64,000 nucleotides of DNA from Armatimonadota bacterium (GCA_037445735.1 JBBIJY010000011.1:32614-96613), one strand, 5' to 3'; shown: positions 10,922-20,746, counted from the stretch's first letter. The notes: generated from the sequence alone by a model not told the origin. Numbers and translations are program-made.

Positions 10922-11368
10922 ATGCGTGCGGTTATCCAGCGGGTTGGCTGGGCAGAGGTCTGGGTGAATGGGCAGCCGATAGCCCGTATTGGGCAGGGCA
11001 TTCTGGTGCTGCTGGGCGTCCACAAAGACGACACCGACGCCGATGTGGACTGGCTCGCGCCCAAAGTCGCCCACCTGCGCGTGTTTGAAGATGAGGCGGG
11101 CAAGCTCAATCGCTCCCTGCTGGAGGTGAACGGCGCCGCGCTGGTGGTGTCGAACTTCACCCTGTATGGCGACTGCCGCAAGGGGCGCCGACCCAGCTTC
11201 ACCGAATCGGCGCCCTACGAGCAGGGACGCGCCCTCTACGACGCCTTCTGCCAGCGCCTAGCTGCCGAAGGCATCCCCGTGCAGACAGGCGCCTACGGCG
11301 AAACAATGCAGGTGCGTCTCCAGAACGACGGTCCCGTCACACTGATTATCGACAGCAGAGAGGTTTGA
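10922..11368 (+). CDS. dtd: D-aminoacyl-tRNA deacylase
   Basis: [19 protein letters not shown] and NDGPVT motifs; classic rel-dtd synteny. Confidence 0.95.
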   Translation: MRAVIQRVGWAEVWVNGQPIARIGQGILVLLGVHKDDTDADVDWLAPKVAHLRVFEDEAGKLNRSLLEVNGAALVVSNFTLYGDCRKGRRPSFTESAPYEQGRALYDAFCQRLAAEGIPVQTGAYGETMQVRLQNDGPVTLIIDSREV

Positions 11369-11383
11369 CGGGTCACTGGTGGA

Positions 11384-11887
11384 TTATATCACTGTGTCCA
11401 GCTCCAGCACCGGACGCGGCATGCGCAAACCTGCCTGTGCCAGTCGCTTCGCTATGCGGGAATCGCCAGTTGGAAACGCTATTTGCACGCCTGAAGTTGC
11501 TATCCAGTGGAAGGCGTTATGCACCGGCGTGAGCGCATTCAGGTCAGGCGCTTCAGTTTTCAGCCACTGCTTGAGCCATCCGAGCTTTCGAAGCACCTCG
11601 TCTACATTTGTTGTGTGCGCGGGATGAACCTCGATCCAGATAGCTCGCGTTTCGTTACCCTTCTGCACACCTATTCCATAGTCCCAGCGGGGGTCGTTGG
11701 GATATTGGTTTTGAAGCGCTACATCCAGATCAACACTTCCCAGCAGATTAATCAGGTTCGAACGGCGCCTGATGCGCTGGGAGTGGCTACTGAGTGCTTG
11801 TAAGCCAGGTTGATAGGCATCCTCACCCAGAGAGGGTGTGTTTACAACTGCCTGCCGAAAGCGGTTGTCTTGCTGGGATGCTCTCAT
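11384..11887 (-). CDS. Hypothetical protein, possible PD-(D/E)xK-like nuclease partner of adjacent ATPase
   Basis: 167 aa; ATGA overlap with ATPase stop; PRWDYGIG...IWIEVH pattern. Confidence 0.6.
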   Translation of the reverse strand: MRASQQDNRFRQAVVNTPSLGEDAYQPGLQALSSHSQRIRRRSNLINLLGSVDLDVALQNQYPNDPRWDYGIGVQKGNETRAIWIEVHPAHTTNVDEVLRKLGWLKQWLKTEAPDLNALTPVHNAFHWIATSGVQIAFPTGDSRIAKRLAQAGLRMPRPVLELDTVI

Positions 11888-13083
11888 TGTTTGAGGCTCG
11901 CATGGTGTCTCTCGAAGCGGTTAACCACCGCGGCGACAACATCGTTTGCCCGGCTGGCAAACTCCAGAAGACCTCCCCAGGTTCCCTCTTCCTCGCTCAA
12001 TGACGCAGGATCAAGACCCGATATATCTTTGACCTTGCCATCACGCTTAAAGTAATAGACATTGATATCGATTTGCAACGCTTTGCTGGCGAGTTGTTGG
12101 TTGCCACTCCCTCGCAGCTCGAGTAGACGAAGCACATCTTTTGGCTCGCCAGCATAGCGTTGAAATATCTGCAGCGCCCACACCAGGTCCAGCACCTGTG
12201 CGGAGTGCGTGGTCAGGCACACGCGATAGCCGCGGCTGACCAGCTCCAGAATCAGCGCCATCACTGTCAGGATTGCCTTCGGGTGCAGACCCATCTCAGG
12301 CTCCTCAATCACGACCCACGGCACGCTTTCACGACGGGTAATCCTGCCGGCAGGTATCAGCCAGTACAGCCCCAATAAGAGCGGGATGAATTCACGCTGT
12401 CCAGCGGACCAAACCAGATAGGGCAGCACCTGACCGTTTTCGATGGCTGTTAGTACGATGCTACGCTGGAGCCGATGCTCCTCCATGCGCAGGGCGTATC
12501 CCGCAAAGATCGACTGGTCTAACTGTTTGCGAAACTCCTCGCGCAGGCGTTTCGGTTGCGGAAAGAGTTGCTTCGTGTGCGCCAGCTCCGATTGAACCAG
12601 CTGATGCACTCTGTCGCTGAACTCCCGCAAAACGAACGGGTCCCCCGTGTTATAGTCGGTGAAGGGGCGTGTCCGACCACCCTGCAAAACCAGCACCCGC
12701 TGGGCAGGGATGTAAAAGAGCCTCTCGTCAGCCTGCGACTTCTTGCCACCTCTCGTCTCGGCATAGCTTTTTAGATTGATCGGTTTCCCATTGAACACGA
12801 TGCGGGTTTCGCCTTCGCGATAAAGCTTCTCCATGCCATCCCCAAAATAGAGGATAAAGAAGTTATCCAGACGGTTCTGCCAGCCCAGATTGCTCTGCAA
12901 AAGGCGCTGGTGGATGTACGCCTTGTCCAGAAGAAGTTTATACAGCTGGAGGAAAATACTTTTCCCCGTTGCCTGTGGTCCCACGAACACGGTGAGGTCG
13001 CCGAAGGTGATGTCGGCATCCCTGATGGGTCCGAACTGCTGCACCTTCAGCCGCGCCTGGTCAGCGTCGTTTTGCACGCGCAT
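11884..13083 (-). CDS. ABC-type AAA ATPase (AAA_21/AbiEii-like), soluble
   Basis: QFGPI, Walker A GPQATGKS, YIPAQR, signature SAGQRE, Walker B IEEPEMGLHP, TTHS; start at ATG 13083. Confidence 0.88.
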   Translation of the reverse strand: MRVQNDADQARLKVQQFGPIRDADITFGDLTVFVGPQATGKSIFLQLYKLLLDKAYIHQRLLQSNLGWQNRLDNFFILYFGDGMEKLYREGETRIVFNGKPINLKSYAETRGGKKSQADERLFYIPAQRVLVLQGGRTRPFTDYNTGDPFVLREFSDRVHQLVQSELAHTKQLFPQPKRLREEFRKQLDQSIFAGYALRMEEHRLQRSIVLTAIENGQVLPYLVWSAGQREFIPLLLGLYWLIPAGRITRRESVPWVVIEEPEMGLHPKAILTVMALILELVSRGYRVCLTTHSAQVLDLVWALQIFQRYAGEPKDVLRLLELRGSGNQQLASKALQIDINVYYFKRDGKVKDISGLDPASLSEEEGTWGGLLEFASRANDVVAAVVNRFERHHASLKQ

Positions 13084-13091
13084 ACGGTTGA

Positions 13092-13112
13092 AGTATACCT
13101 GACAGGTATAAT
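13092..13112. promoter_or_regulatory. Back-to-back -10 boxes forming palindrome TATACCTG-A-CAGGTATA (divergent promoters)
   Basis: GGTATACT toward the ATPase and GGTATAAT toward the kinase. Confidence 0.55.
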
Positions 13113-13134
13113 CTTTGAGCAGGGAGGCGCACGG

Positions 13135-14937
13135 ATGGCACTGACTGGCAATGTGCTGGCAACCCGTTATGAGCTGATTGAGCGACTGTCGGAGGGGTTG
13201 CTGTTCGATGTGTACCGTGCCCGCGATCTGGTTCAGGGGCGGGTGGTCACGGTCAAGCTGGTGCGCTCGCCCTACTTTCAGAACCCGCGCGTGCGCGAGC
13301 GGCTGCAGCAGGTGATTGATGCTCGCCAGCGGGTGCGACATCCCAACCTGATAACGCTCTACAGCCTTGAGGACGAGAGCGGTCAGCCGTTTCTGGTGGA
13401 GGAGTTCGTGCGGGGGCTGGACCTGGCGACGCGCATCCGTCGAACCGCGCCCTTCACCGTGCCGATTGCTGTGGAGATTCTGATTGGCGTCGTGGAGGGG
13501 CTGAACGCGCTCCATCAGGCAGGGCTGATTCATGGCGATCTGCGTCCTGCGAATGTGCTGGTCGGCTCCGAGTGGCATGTGTGGTTGAACGGTGCGGAGA
13601 TGCGCGGTGTGTATCAGGCGGACCCGACGCTGGCAGCCGCCCATGAATCGCGCGCCGTCGCCTATAGTGCGCCCGAACTGCTGCGCGGTGGGGTGCCCGG
13701 TGTTGCCAGCGATATATACGCCTGCGGTGTGATGCTCTTTGAGATGCTCGCTGGCGTACCGCCCTTCACCGGCGAGACGCCGCTGCTGGTTGCCGAAGCG
13801 CACCTGAACGAGCCAGTGCCCTCGCTGCGGGCGCGCAACCCGGCGGTGCCCCGCGCGGTGGAGGGCATCGTGACCCGGTGCCTGCAAAAGGACCCTGAAG
13901 CCCGCTATCCGAATGCGCTGGCGCTGCTGAACGATTTGAAGGCGGTGCGGGATGCGCTGCGCTTTGGGCGACCGCTGGGCTGGTCGCCGATGGAGATGCC
14001 GGCTCCTGCGCCTGCGGCAACAGGCGCTGGCAGTTCCGCCCTCAGCTTCGCCGCGAAGCCTGCTCCACCACAGAGCCTTCTTGAGGAAGAAGAGGAAGAA
14101 GACATCCCGGGCTGGCTGCGCACGATGCTGCGTGTGATGCTCGCGCTGGTGGTGCTGGGGCTGATTGTGTTTGGCGCGGCGATGCTGGCGCTGCGGGTCG
14201 CGCCGGAAGACCGCCCCGTGCCCCCGGTGGTGGGCAAAACGCTGCAGGAGACGAACCAGATACTCCGTGAAGCGGGTTTTGAACCCGAAGTGAAGCAGGA
14301 GGGCTACAGCGAGCAGTACCCGACAGGGGTGGTCTACTCCGTCTCGCCGCCCGAGGGACGGCTCATCAGTCGGGGCAGCAAGGTGTACCTGTGGGTGAGT
14401 AAGGGTTCACGCTTCACGACAGTGCCCGATGTGCGCAACCTGCCCGAATCGCGGGCGCGCGCCGAGCTGGAAAAGGCGGGACTGGCAGTAATGGACGCCA
14501 CCGAAGAGCGCACCAGCGCCCAGATACCCTTCGGCTTCGTGATTGGCACCATTCCGCCCGCTGGCTCGCGCATCGATCGCTCCCAGCCTGTCAAGCTCAT
14601 CGTGAGCGTCGGACAGGGCGGCACGCCACCCCCAGAAACCGCGCCGCCACCACCCGAACCCGATGAGAACCTGACGACCGAGCCGCCCGCTCCTGAAACC
14701 CAGCAAAACGCCCAGGCACCGCCCGGAACCCGTGAGTTCATCGTCAAGGTCGACCTCCGGGGCCAGCCCGCCCGCACCATCCGAATCGAGGTGGAGGACG
14801 CTGACGGGCAACGCACCGTGATCAACGAGCGCAAGGCGGGCGGTAATCTCTACGAGTTCACCGTGCAGGCGCGCGGCGAGCGCGTGCGCATCCGAATCTT
14901 CGTCGATGAGCAGCTGGTGCAGGAGATCAGCCGATGA
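13135..14937 (+). CDS. PknB/PrkC-like Ser/Thr kinase-fold protein with TM helix and PASTA domains (catalytic motifs degenerate)
   Basis: RYELIERL, HPNLI, HGDLRPANVL, YSAPE, SDIYACG; TM helix; VPPVVG and VPDVRN PASTA starts. Confidence 0.88.
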   Translation: MALTGNVLATRYELIERLSEGLLFDVYRARDLVQGRVVTVKLVRSPYFQNPRVRERLQQVIDARQRVRHPNLITLYSLEDESGQPFLVEEFVRGLDLATRIRRTAPFTVPIAVEILIGVVEGLNALHQAGLIHGDLRPANVLVGSEWHVWLNGAEMRGVYQADPTLAAAHESRAVAYSAPELLRGGVPGVASDIYACGVMLFEMLAGVPPFTGETPLLVAEAHLNEPVPSLRARNPAVPRAVEGIVTRCLQKDPEARYPNALALLNDLKAVRDALRFGRPLGWSPMEMPAPAPAATGAGSSALSFAAKPAPPQSLLEEEEEEDIPGWLRTMLRVMLALVVLGLIVFGAAMLALRVAPEDRPVPPVVGKTLQETNQILREAGFEPEVKQEGYSEQYPTGVVYSVSPPEGRLISRGSKVYLWVSKGSRFTTVPDVRNLPESRARAELEKAGLAVMDATEERTSAQIPFGFVIGTIPPAGSRIDRSQPVKLIVSVGQGGTPPPETAPPPPEPDENLTTEPPAPETQQNAQAPPGTREFIVKVDLRGQPARTIRIEVEDADGQRTVINERKAGGNLYEFTVQARGERVRIRIFVDEQLVQEISR

Positions 14938-15611
14938 GTCGGGAAGGGGTCAAAATCGCGCCGTCGATTCTGTCCGCCGATTTCGGGCGGATGCGCGAGG
15001 CTGTCGAGGCGCTCACCGCCGCAGGGAGCGACTGGATCCACTTCGATGTGATGGACGGGCACTTTGTGCCGAACCTCACCTTTGGTCCGCCGATGATTGC
15101 CGCGTTGCGTCCCCATTCGCCCCTGCCGTTCGATGTGCATCTGATGGTGGAGCGCCCGTGGGAGCTGCTGCCTGTGTATGTGGAGGCGGGGGCGAACCAT
15201 ATCACGGTGCATGTGGAGGCGTGCCCGCACCTGCATCGCGTGGTGCAGCAGATCAGGGGCTACGGGCTGGCGGCGGGCGTCGCGCTCAACCCGCACACCC
15301 CGTTGGAGATGGTGCTTTCCATCCTGCCAGAGCTGGATATTCTGCTGATTATGACGGTCAATCCGGGCTTTGGCGGGCAGGAATTTATTGAGCGGATGCT
15401 GCCGAAGGTGGCGCGGGCGGCGGAGGTGATTGAGCGTGAGGCGCCGCATGTCTATCTGGCGGTGGACGGCGGTGTGTCGCCCGCGAACGCGCGCCCGCTG
15501 GTGGAGGCAGGGGCGCGCGTGCTGGTGGCAGGCGCCAGCGTGTTCAATGCGCCCAGCATTCAGGCGGGCGTCGACGCGCTGCGACTCGCCGCCCTGAGCG
15601 AAACAACATGA
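14934..15611 (+). CDS. rpe: Ribulose-phosphate 3-epimerase
   Basis: IAPSILSADF, HFDVMDGHFVPNLTFG, MTVNPGFGGQ and VDGG motifs. Confidence 0.97.
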   Translation: MSREGVKIAPSILSADFGRMREAVEALTAAGSDWIHFDVMDGHFVPNLTFGPPMIAALRPHSPLPFDVHLMVERPWELLPVYVEAGANHITVHVEACPHLHRVVQQIRGYGLAAGVALNPHTPLEMVLSILPELDILLIMTVNPGFGGQEFIERMLPKVARAAEVIEREAPHVYLAVDGGVSPANARPLVEAGARVLVAGASVFNAPSIQAGVDALRLAALSETT

Positions 15612-15973
15612 GAAAACTGTCTTATCGCGCATGGACAACGATTCTGTTCGGCACGCTGATCGCGATGATCCCTGTGGCGGTGCTGCTGATGCGGTCGGTG
15701 CCCGCGGAGGGTGAGGAGGCGAAGCGGATGTGGCTGCGACTCGCAGGTGCCTACCTGCTGATCCTGCTGGGGCTGCTGGTCGCGCTGGCGTGGGTCGTGC
15801 TGCAGGATATTCGCCAGTCGCTGGAGCGGTTCCGCGCCGCGCACCGACGCGCCTTCGAGGAGATGACCGAGCAGATTCGCGAGGACTATCGCCGCCGTCA
15901 GCAGCGCATGGCGAACGGGCACCCCGAACCCGGCTCCGCCGATAAGCAGGAGCCGGGCAACAGCTCGAATTGA
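15608..15973 (+). CDS. Small two-TM membrane protein
   Basis: Two hydrophobic helices and a coiled-coil tail; overlaps rpe stop and precedes ribD. Confidence 0.7.
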   Translation: MRKLSYRAWTTILFGTLIAMIPVAVLLMRSVPAEGEEAKRMWLRLAGAYLLILLGLLVALAWVVLQDIRQSLERFRAAHRRAFEEMTEQIREDYRRRQQRMANGHPEPGSADKQEPGNSSN

Positions 15974-15975
15974 AA

Positions 15976-17115
15976 ATGGCGCTGAACGATGCCGACTGGG
16001 GCTGGATGCGTCGGGCGGTTCAGCTGGCGCGACGGGGCTACCCCGCGCCGAACCCCCATGTGGGCGCGGTCGTGGTGGCGAACGGCGAGCGCGTCGGCGA
16101 GGGCTATCATCCCTACGCGGGCGCACCCCACGCCGAAACCTTCGCGCTCCAGCAGGCGGGCACGCGCGCCCGCAACGCCACGCTCTATGTGACGCTGGAA
16201 CCGTGCTGTCATCACGGGCGCACGCCACCCTGCACGCAGGCGATCCTGCAGGCGGGCATTCGGCGCGTGGTGGTCGCCATGCGCGACCCGAACCCGAAAG
16301 TCGCAGGCAGGGGCATTCACGAGCTGCAAGCCGCAGGCGTGCAGATTGACCTGCTGGACGAGAACGACCCGCGCGCGCAGCCACTGCTTGCCAGGCTGCA
16401 ACAGCTGAACCGTGCCTTCCTGCACTTTCACCGCGTGGGGCGACCGCTCATCACGCTCAAAGCCGCGCTCAGCCTCGACGGCAAAATCGCCACCCGCACA
16501 GGCGATTCAAAATGGCTCACTGGCGAGCGGGCACGCCGATACGCACATCGCCTGCGAGCCGAACATGGCTGCGTGCTGGTGGGGGTCAACACCGTGCTGA
16601 ACGATGATCCGCTGCTGACGGCGCGGCTAAAGGGTGTCAAAAACCAGCCGCTGCGTGTGGTGCTGGATTCGCGCCTGCGCACGCCGCGCACCGCACGCCT
16701 GCTTCGAACCGCCGATGCGCCCACGCTGATCTTCTGCATCGCGCCTGAGCCGCCCCATGCCGACGCCTATCGCGAGCGGGGCGTGCAGGTGGTTGCCTTA
16801 CCGCCCGATGCGAGCGGGCGCGTGCCCGTGCCCCGCGTGGTGGATTACCTCGCCCGGCAGGGCGTGATTGGCGTGCTGGTGGAAGGCGGCGGCGAGGTCA
16901 TCGCCTCATTCCTCAACGCGGGGCTGGCAGACCGAATCGCCTTCTTCTACGCGCCGATCCTGGTGGGCGGACGCAATGCGCCCACCGCGATTGAAGGAGA
17001 AGGCATCGCCCAGATCGCGCACGCCGTGCGCCTCACACGCATCCAGCGCAGGCGACTGGGCGACGACCTGCTCATCGAGGGCGAGCTGTGCCCCAATCAG
17101 AAGCTCAGCCCGTAG
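15976..17115 (+). CDS. ribD: Riboflavin biosynthesis deaminase/reductase
   Basis: PNPHVG, HAE, TLEPCCHHGRTPPC, SLDGKIA and VEGG motifs. Confidence 0.96.
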   Translation: MALNDADWGWMRRAVQLARRGYPAPNPHVGAVVVANGERVGEGYHPYAGAPHAETFALQQAGTRARNATLYVTLEPCCHHGRTPPCTQAILQAGIRRVVVAMRDPNPKVAGRGIHELQAAGVQIDLLDENDPRAQPLLARLQQLNRAFLHFHRVGRPLITLKAALSLDGKIATRTGDSKWLTGERARRYAHRLRAEHGCVLVGVNTVLNDDPLLTARLKGVKNQPLRVVLDSRLRTPRTARLLRTADAPTLIFCIAPEPPHADAYRERGVQVVALPPDASGRVPVPRVVDYLARQGVIGVLVEGGGEVIASFLNAGLADRIAFFYAPILVGGRNAPTAIEGEGIAQIAHAVRLTRIQRRRLGDDLLIEGELCPNQKLSP

Positions 17116-17762
17116 GTCACACCAAAGTAGATAGCCTTCGCCTGCACACCGAGCTGCATCCGCAGGGCATTATCATGCACATAGCGCAGGGCAGCGTTGG
17201 TGTCGGTGCCGTTGTACTCCACAATCACGCTGAACCGCCGATCCAGGAAGATTTCTCCGCCACCGATAATCTTGTCACGGAACAGCCCTGTGCCATAGCC
17301 CGCGTGCAGGCGCAGCCCAACCACCTCCTCGTCAGCACGGGACGGCACGCGCACATTAAAGCTCGCGATACCGTACACTGTGTTGTCGATCATATCGAAG
17401 GGGTCAATCGTGCCCAGCCCCAGCTCCAGCCAGTCAAAGTTCTGGGGGACGATGGTCACTTTGGCAGTAGCGATGAGTTCATCTTCAGCGCCGTCGAAGT
17501 CGACCACGGTGCCGCCGATCTCGATACTGTTGAACACGCCCCAGTTGAGCGAGACGGTGCGGACATCCTTGCTGAAGGATGTACCCAGCTGGAACCGCTC
17601 CACGCGCGTGGTGGTGGAAGTGGGCACAGTGATCAGCCCGGTGGAACCGAAGAGGGTGTTCATCCGAATCGCAGGGTTCTCGCCACGCGGCTCAACCTGA
17701 GCCATGACCATTCCCAGAGAACCCATCACCGCAATGCTCCAGATGCTCCTGCTCAGTCGCAT
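17097..17762 (-). CDS. Outer-membrane beta-barrel protein (YjbH-like)
   Basis: Signal peptide, GSTGLITVPT motif, amphipathic strands, C-terminal Phe (GVTYGLSF). Confidence 0.65.
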   Translation of the reverse strand: MRLSRSIWSIAVMGSLGMVMAQVEPRGENPAIRMNTLFGSTGLITVPTSTTTRVERFQLGTSFSKDVRTVSLNWGVFNSIEIGGTVVDFDGAEDELIATAKVTIVPQNFDWLELGLGTIDPFDMIDNTVYGIASFNVRVPSRADEEVVGLRLHAGYGTGLFRDKIIGGGEIFLDRRFSVIVEYNGTDTNAALRYVHDNALRMQLGVQAKAIYFGVTYGLSF

Positions 17763-17810
17763 AGCCACCTCCATGTGTCTGGAAGTATACCTGATGGCGA
17801 AATCAAGGGG

Positions 17811-18275
17811 CTACGGGCGCAGCTCGCGGCGCAGTTCGCGTTCGATATCGCGCTGGCGGATGGCTTCGCGCTTGTCATATTTGCGTTTGCCGCGCACCAG
17901 CCCGATCTCCAGCTTCGCCCTGCCGTTGCGGAAGTAGAGGCGCAGCGGGACAATCGTGTAGCCCTTCTGCTCGGCTTTACTGCCCAGCCGCTCGATCTCC
18001 CATTTGTGCAGCAGCAGTTTGCGTTTGCGGCGGGGTTCATGATTGAAGCGGGCGGCAGGATCATAGGGCGCGATATGCATGTTATGCACCCACATCTCGC
18101 CGTTCTCCACGCGGCAATAGGCGTCGGTCAGGCTCACCTTGCCTGCCGCGACCGACTTGACCTCCGAGCCGACCAGCACCAGCCCCGCTTCGAGGGTATC
18201 CTCGATATGGTACTCATGGTAGGCTTTGCGGTTCGTCGCGATGAGTTTGATACCGCCCTCCGATTGCTTCGCCAT
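17811..18275 (-). CDS. smpB: SsrA-binding protein
   Basis: [28 protein letters not shown] and GKRKYDKRE motifs. Confidence 0.97.
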   Translation of the reverse strand: MAKQSEGGIKLIATNRKAYHEYHIEDTLEAGLVLVGSEVKSVAAGKVSLTDAYCRVENGEMWVHNMHIAPYDPAARFNHEPRRKRKLLLHKWEIERLGSKAEQKGYTIVPLRLYFRNGRAKLEIGLVRGKRKYDKREAIRQRDIERELRRELRP

Positions 18276-18512
18276 CGAGCCGAAGTGTACCTGATGGCGC
18301 ACCGAACCCTGCAAGGAGGTGTAAGAATGCGGGGGCTAACCCCATGGGCATATGGGCGACCGTTTTTACCCTTACCTTCGCCCCGGCGAAGCAAGCGAGA
18401 GGCTTCAATTCCTCTGGTATATTATCTCCCGGCAACGGGTCTGGACAGGGAGCCTCCACCAGACCCTGTTGCTTCCCCGTCAGCGGGGGCAGGGCGAGGT
18501 GTTAACGCGGAG

Positions 18513-19538
18513 ATGGGACGGGTCCGGTTCGCTCTGATGGGGCTGGTGCTGCTTTTAGCGGGCTGTGCGGGCAGGCGACCGATCGATCGGCTCACGGCTC
18601 AGGCATTGCCCGCCAATAGCGTCGCCTTCACACTGGAGCATCTGACCGCCGACTGCCGGGGTCTGCAGGGTGAGGAACCAGCACAGTTTATCGTGCGCTG
18701 TTCCGATCCGAAGGTTCAGGTGCGGGTTCAGGCGGTCAAGCGGTCGCGCTGCCCACGCCCGCAGAGTGCGCGGCGCAGGCTGAGCGTGGCGATGGCGATG
18801 GATCAGTCGGCGTCACTGTTTGGCACAGGTGGACGGTTCGGCTCCGACCCCGATAAGCAACGCTTCCCTGCCGCCCGACGCTTCATCGAGGCTCTGCCCG
18901 CCGATACCCGCCTGACGCTCTGTTGCTTCGCCGCGCTGAACTCCATGCAATATGGCGACTTTGACCTGCTGGTGCCGATGGGTGAGGGCAATCGGCAGGC
19001 AGCTGTTCGCGCACTGGACTTTCTGGAGCAGCAGGGTCCCAGCATGCATGGCACGCCGCTCTGGAACACACTGATAGCCCAGCTGAACACCCTGCAGCGT
19101 GAGCCGCCCGACCGCGAGCGGTGGCTGGTCTGCTTCACTGACGGCGCGAACGAGGTGCCCGCCGGGGTTGTCAGTCGCACCGATGCGGAGGTGGAAGCCG
19201 CCGCCCGCCAAACAGGCACACGCCTGTTCTTTGTGTTTCTGGGCGATGAGCAATCGATTCCCGACTATCCGACTGTGCGCGCCACGCTTCAGCGGTTAGC
19301 CGATGCGACCGATGGTGCGCTGGTTGCAGTGCGCGAGGCGCGCGATCTGCAGGCGGCATTTGAGGATGTGATGGGCAGCGCGAACTATGTGCCCTGCTAC
19401 CGAGTGCAGTGCGTGTTGAAGCGTGAGGGCGGCTTTCGGCGTGGTGAAAAGGTTCGCCTGACCGTGCGCGGCGGCGCCGACGGCATCGAGCGCACCTTCG
19501 AACTGACCATCGGGGAGCCGAACGCCCGCCGCCTGTGA
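18513..19538 (+). CDS. VWA-domain lipoprotein
   Basis: Lipobox LLAGC; MIDAS-like DQSAS, GTPL, FTDG. Alternative in-frame start at 18327 has an AAGGAGGT SD. Confidence 0.8.
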   Translation: MGRVRFALMGLVLLLAGCAGRRPIDRLTAQALPANSVAFTLEHLTADCRGLQGEEPAQFIVRCSDPKVQVRVQAVKRSRCPRPQSARRRLSVAMAMDQSASLFGTGGRFGSDPDKQRFPAARRFIEALPADTRLTLCCFAALNSMQYGDFDLLVPMGEGNRQAAVRALDFLEQQGPSMHGTPLWNTLIAQLNTLQREPPDRERWLVCFTDGANEVPAGVVSRTDAEVEAAARQTGTRLFFVFLGDEQSIPDYPTVRATLQRLADATDGALVAVREARDLQAAFEDVMGSANYVPCYRVQCVLKREGGFRRGEKVRLTVRGGADGIERTFELTIGEPNARRL

Positions 19539-19657
19539 GGGGGTAGGCAGGACCAGCTGCTGGGAAGGGCGCGGCGACCGCGCCCGTACGGCGTGCTCCT
19601 GGGCGGGACGCCCCAGCGACGCAGGGTACACTTGCAACCAGGGCACATGGAGGTGAG

Positions 19658-20746
19658 ATGATGCGTGGAGTGATTATTGCTGGCGGGTTCGGCACGCGCC
19701 TGCGACCGCTGACCCTGCGCCGCCCGAAGCCGCTGATCCCGGTGGCGAACCGCCCCTTTCTGGAGTATCAGGTGGCGCAGTTAAAAGCCGCAGGCGCCGA
19801 AGAGATTGTGTTCGCCACCAACTATCTGGCAGATCGGATTGAGGCGCACTTCGGCGACGGCTCGCGGTTCGGCGTGCGCATGCGCTACGCGATGGAGCAG
19901 GAGCCGCTGGGCACAGCGGGCGCCATTCGCAACGCCGTCGAGGGGCTGCCGCCGATGCGCTGTATCGTGTTCAACGGCGACATTTTGACCGATTTCGACA
20001 TCGGCGCGATTGTGCGGGCGCATCGGGAATGGGGCGCACAGGCGACGCTCACGCTCTATCGCGTGCAACGCCCGCATCCCTACGGCGTGATCGAGGTGGC
20101 GGACGACGGGCGCGTGCGGGCGTTCCTTGAGCCGAGCGAGGAGCAGAAACGCGCTGCCGACCGCGGTGAGCCGATGGAAGGCACCGATTTCATCAACGCG
20201 GGCATCTACATTCTGGAGCCGGAGCTGATAGAGCGCATCCCGCTGCGCCCCTGTTCGATTGAACGCGAGTTCTATCCGCAGATTTTGCGCGAGGGCGTGC
20301 CTGTGTACGGCTATGAGGGGCGCGGCTTCTGGCTCGATATCGGGCGCCCGTCGCAATACATGCGGGCGACCCGCGCGCTGCTCAGCGGTGAGGTTCGCGC
20401 CGCGCTGGCGCCGCCGGGCACCCGCACGCCCGACGGCTACTGGCTGATGCACGAGGCGGAGGTGGAACCCGACGCCGGGATCGAGCCCAGCTGCCATATT
20501 GGGGCGTCTGCCCGAATCGAATCGCGCGCGCGGCTCAGCGGCTACACGGTGGTGGGCGCGGGCAGCACCGTCGGCAGCGGCAGCACCCTGCACGGCTGTA
20601 TCCTGGGCGCCCATGTGTCCATCGGCGACGGCTGCCACCTCGAAGATTGCATTCTGGACGACGAGGTGGTCATCGAATCGCATGTGCGCATGCGCGGGGC
20701 GGTGCTGGGCGCGGGCAGCCTCGTTCGCGCCTACAGCACGCTCTAA
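19658..20746 (+). CDS. NDP-sugar pyrophosphorylase (mannose-1-phosphate guanylyltransferase-like)
   Basis: AGGFGTRLRPLT..PKPL, LGTAG, NGD, WLDIG and C-terminal hexapeptide repeats. Confidence 0.9.
   Translation: MMRGVIIAGGFGTRLRPLTLRRPKPLIPVANRPFLEYQVAQLKAAGAEEIVFATNYLADRIEAHFGDGSRFGVRMRYAMEQEPLGTAGAIRNAVEGLPPMRCIVFNGDILTDFDIGAIVRAHREWGAQATLTLYRVQRPHPYGVIEVADDGRVRAFLEPSEEQKRAADRGEPMEGTDFINAGIYILEPELIERIPLRPCSIEREFYPQILREGVPVYGYEGRGFWLDIGRPSQYMRATRALLSGEVRAALAPPGTRTPDGYWLMHEAEVEPDAGIEPSCHIGASARIESRARLSGYTVVGAGSTVGSGSTLHGCILGAHVSIGDGCHLEDCILDDEVVIESHVRMRGAVLGAGSLVRAYSTL

Noticed and set aside
13084-13887. N-terminal extension of the ATPase ORF (667 aa)
   Set aside because: Antisense to the kinase gene; ATPase motifs start just after 13083
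17088-18326. N-terminal part of the 816-aa ORF
   Set aside because: Antisense to the YjbH-like gene and smpB; only the VWA portion is protein-like
18331-18461. Canonical tmRNA or tRNA call
   Set aside because: Too short for tmRNA, no correctly placed T-arm or tag ORF; kept only as a tentative finding
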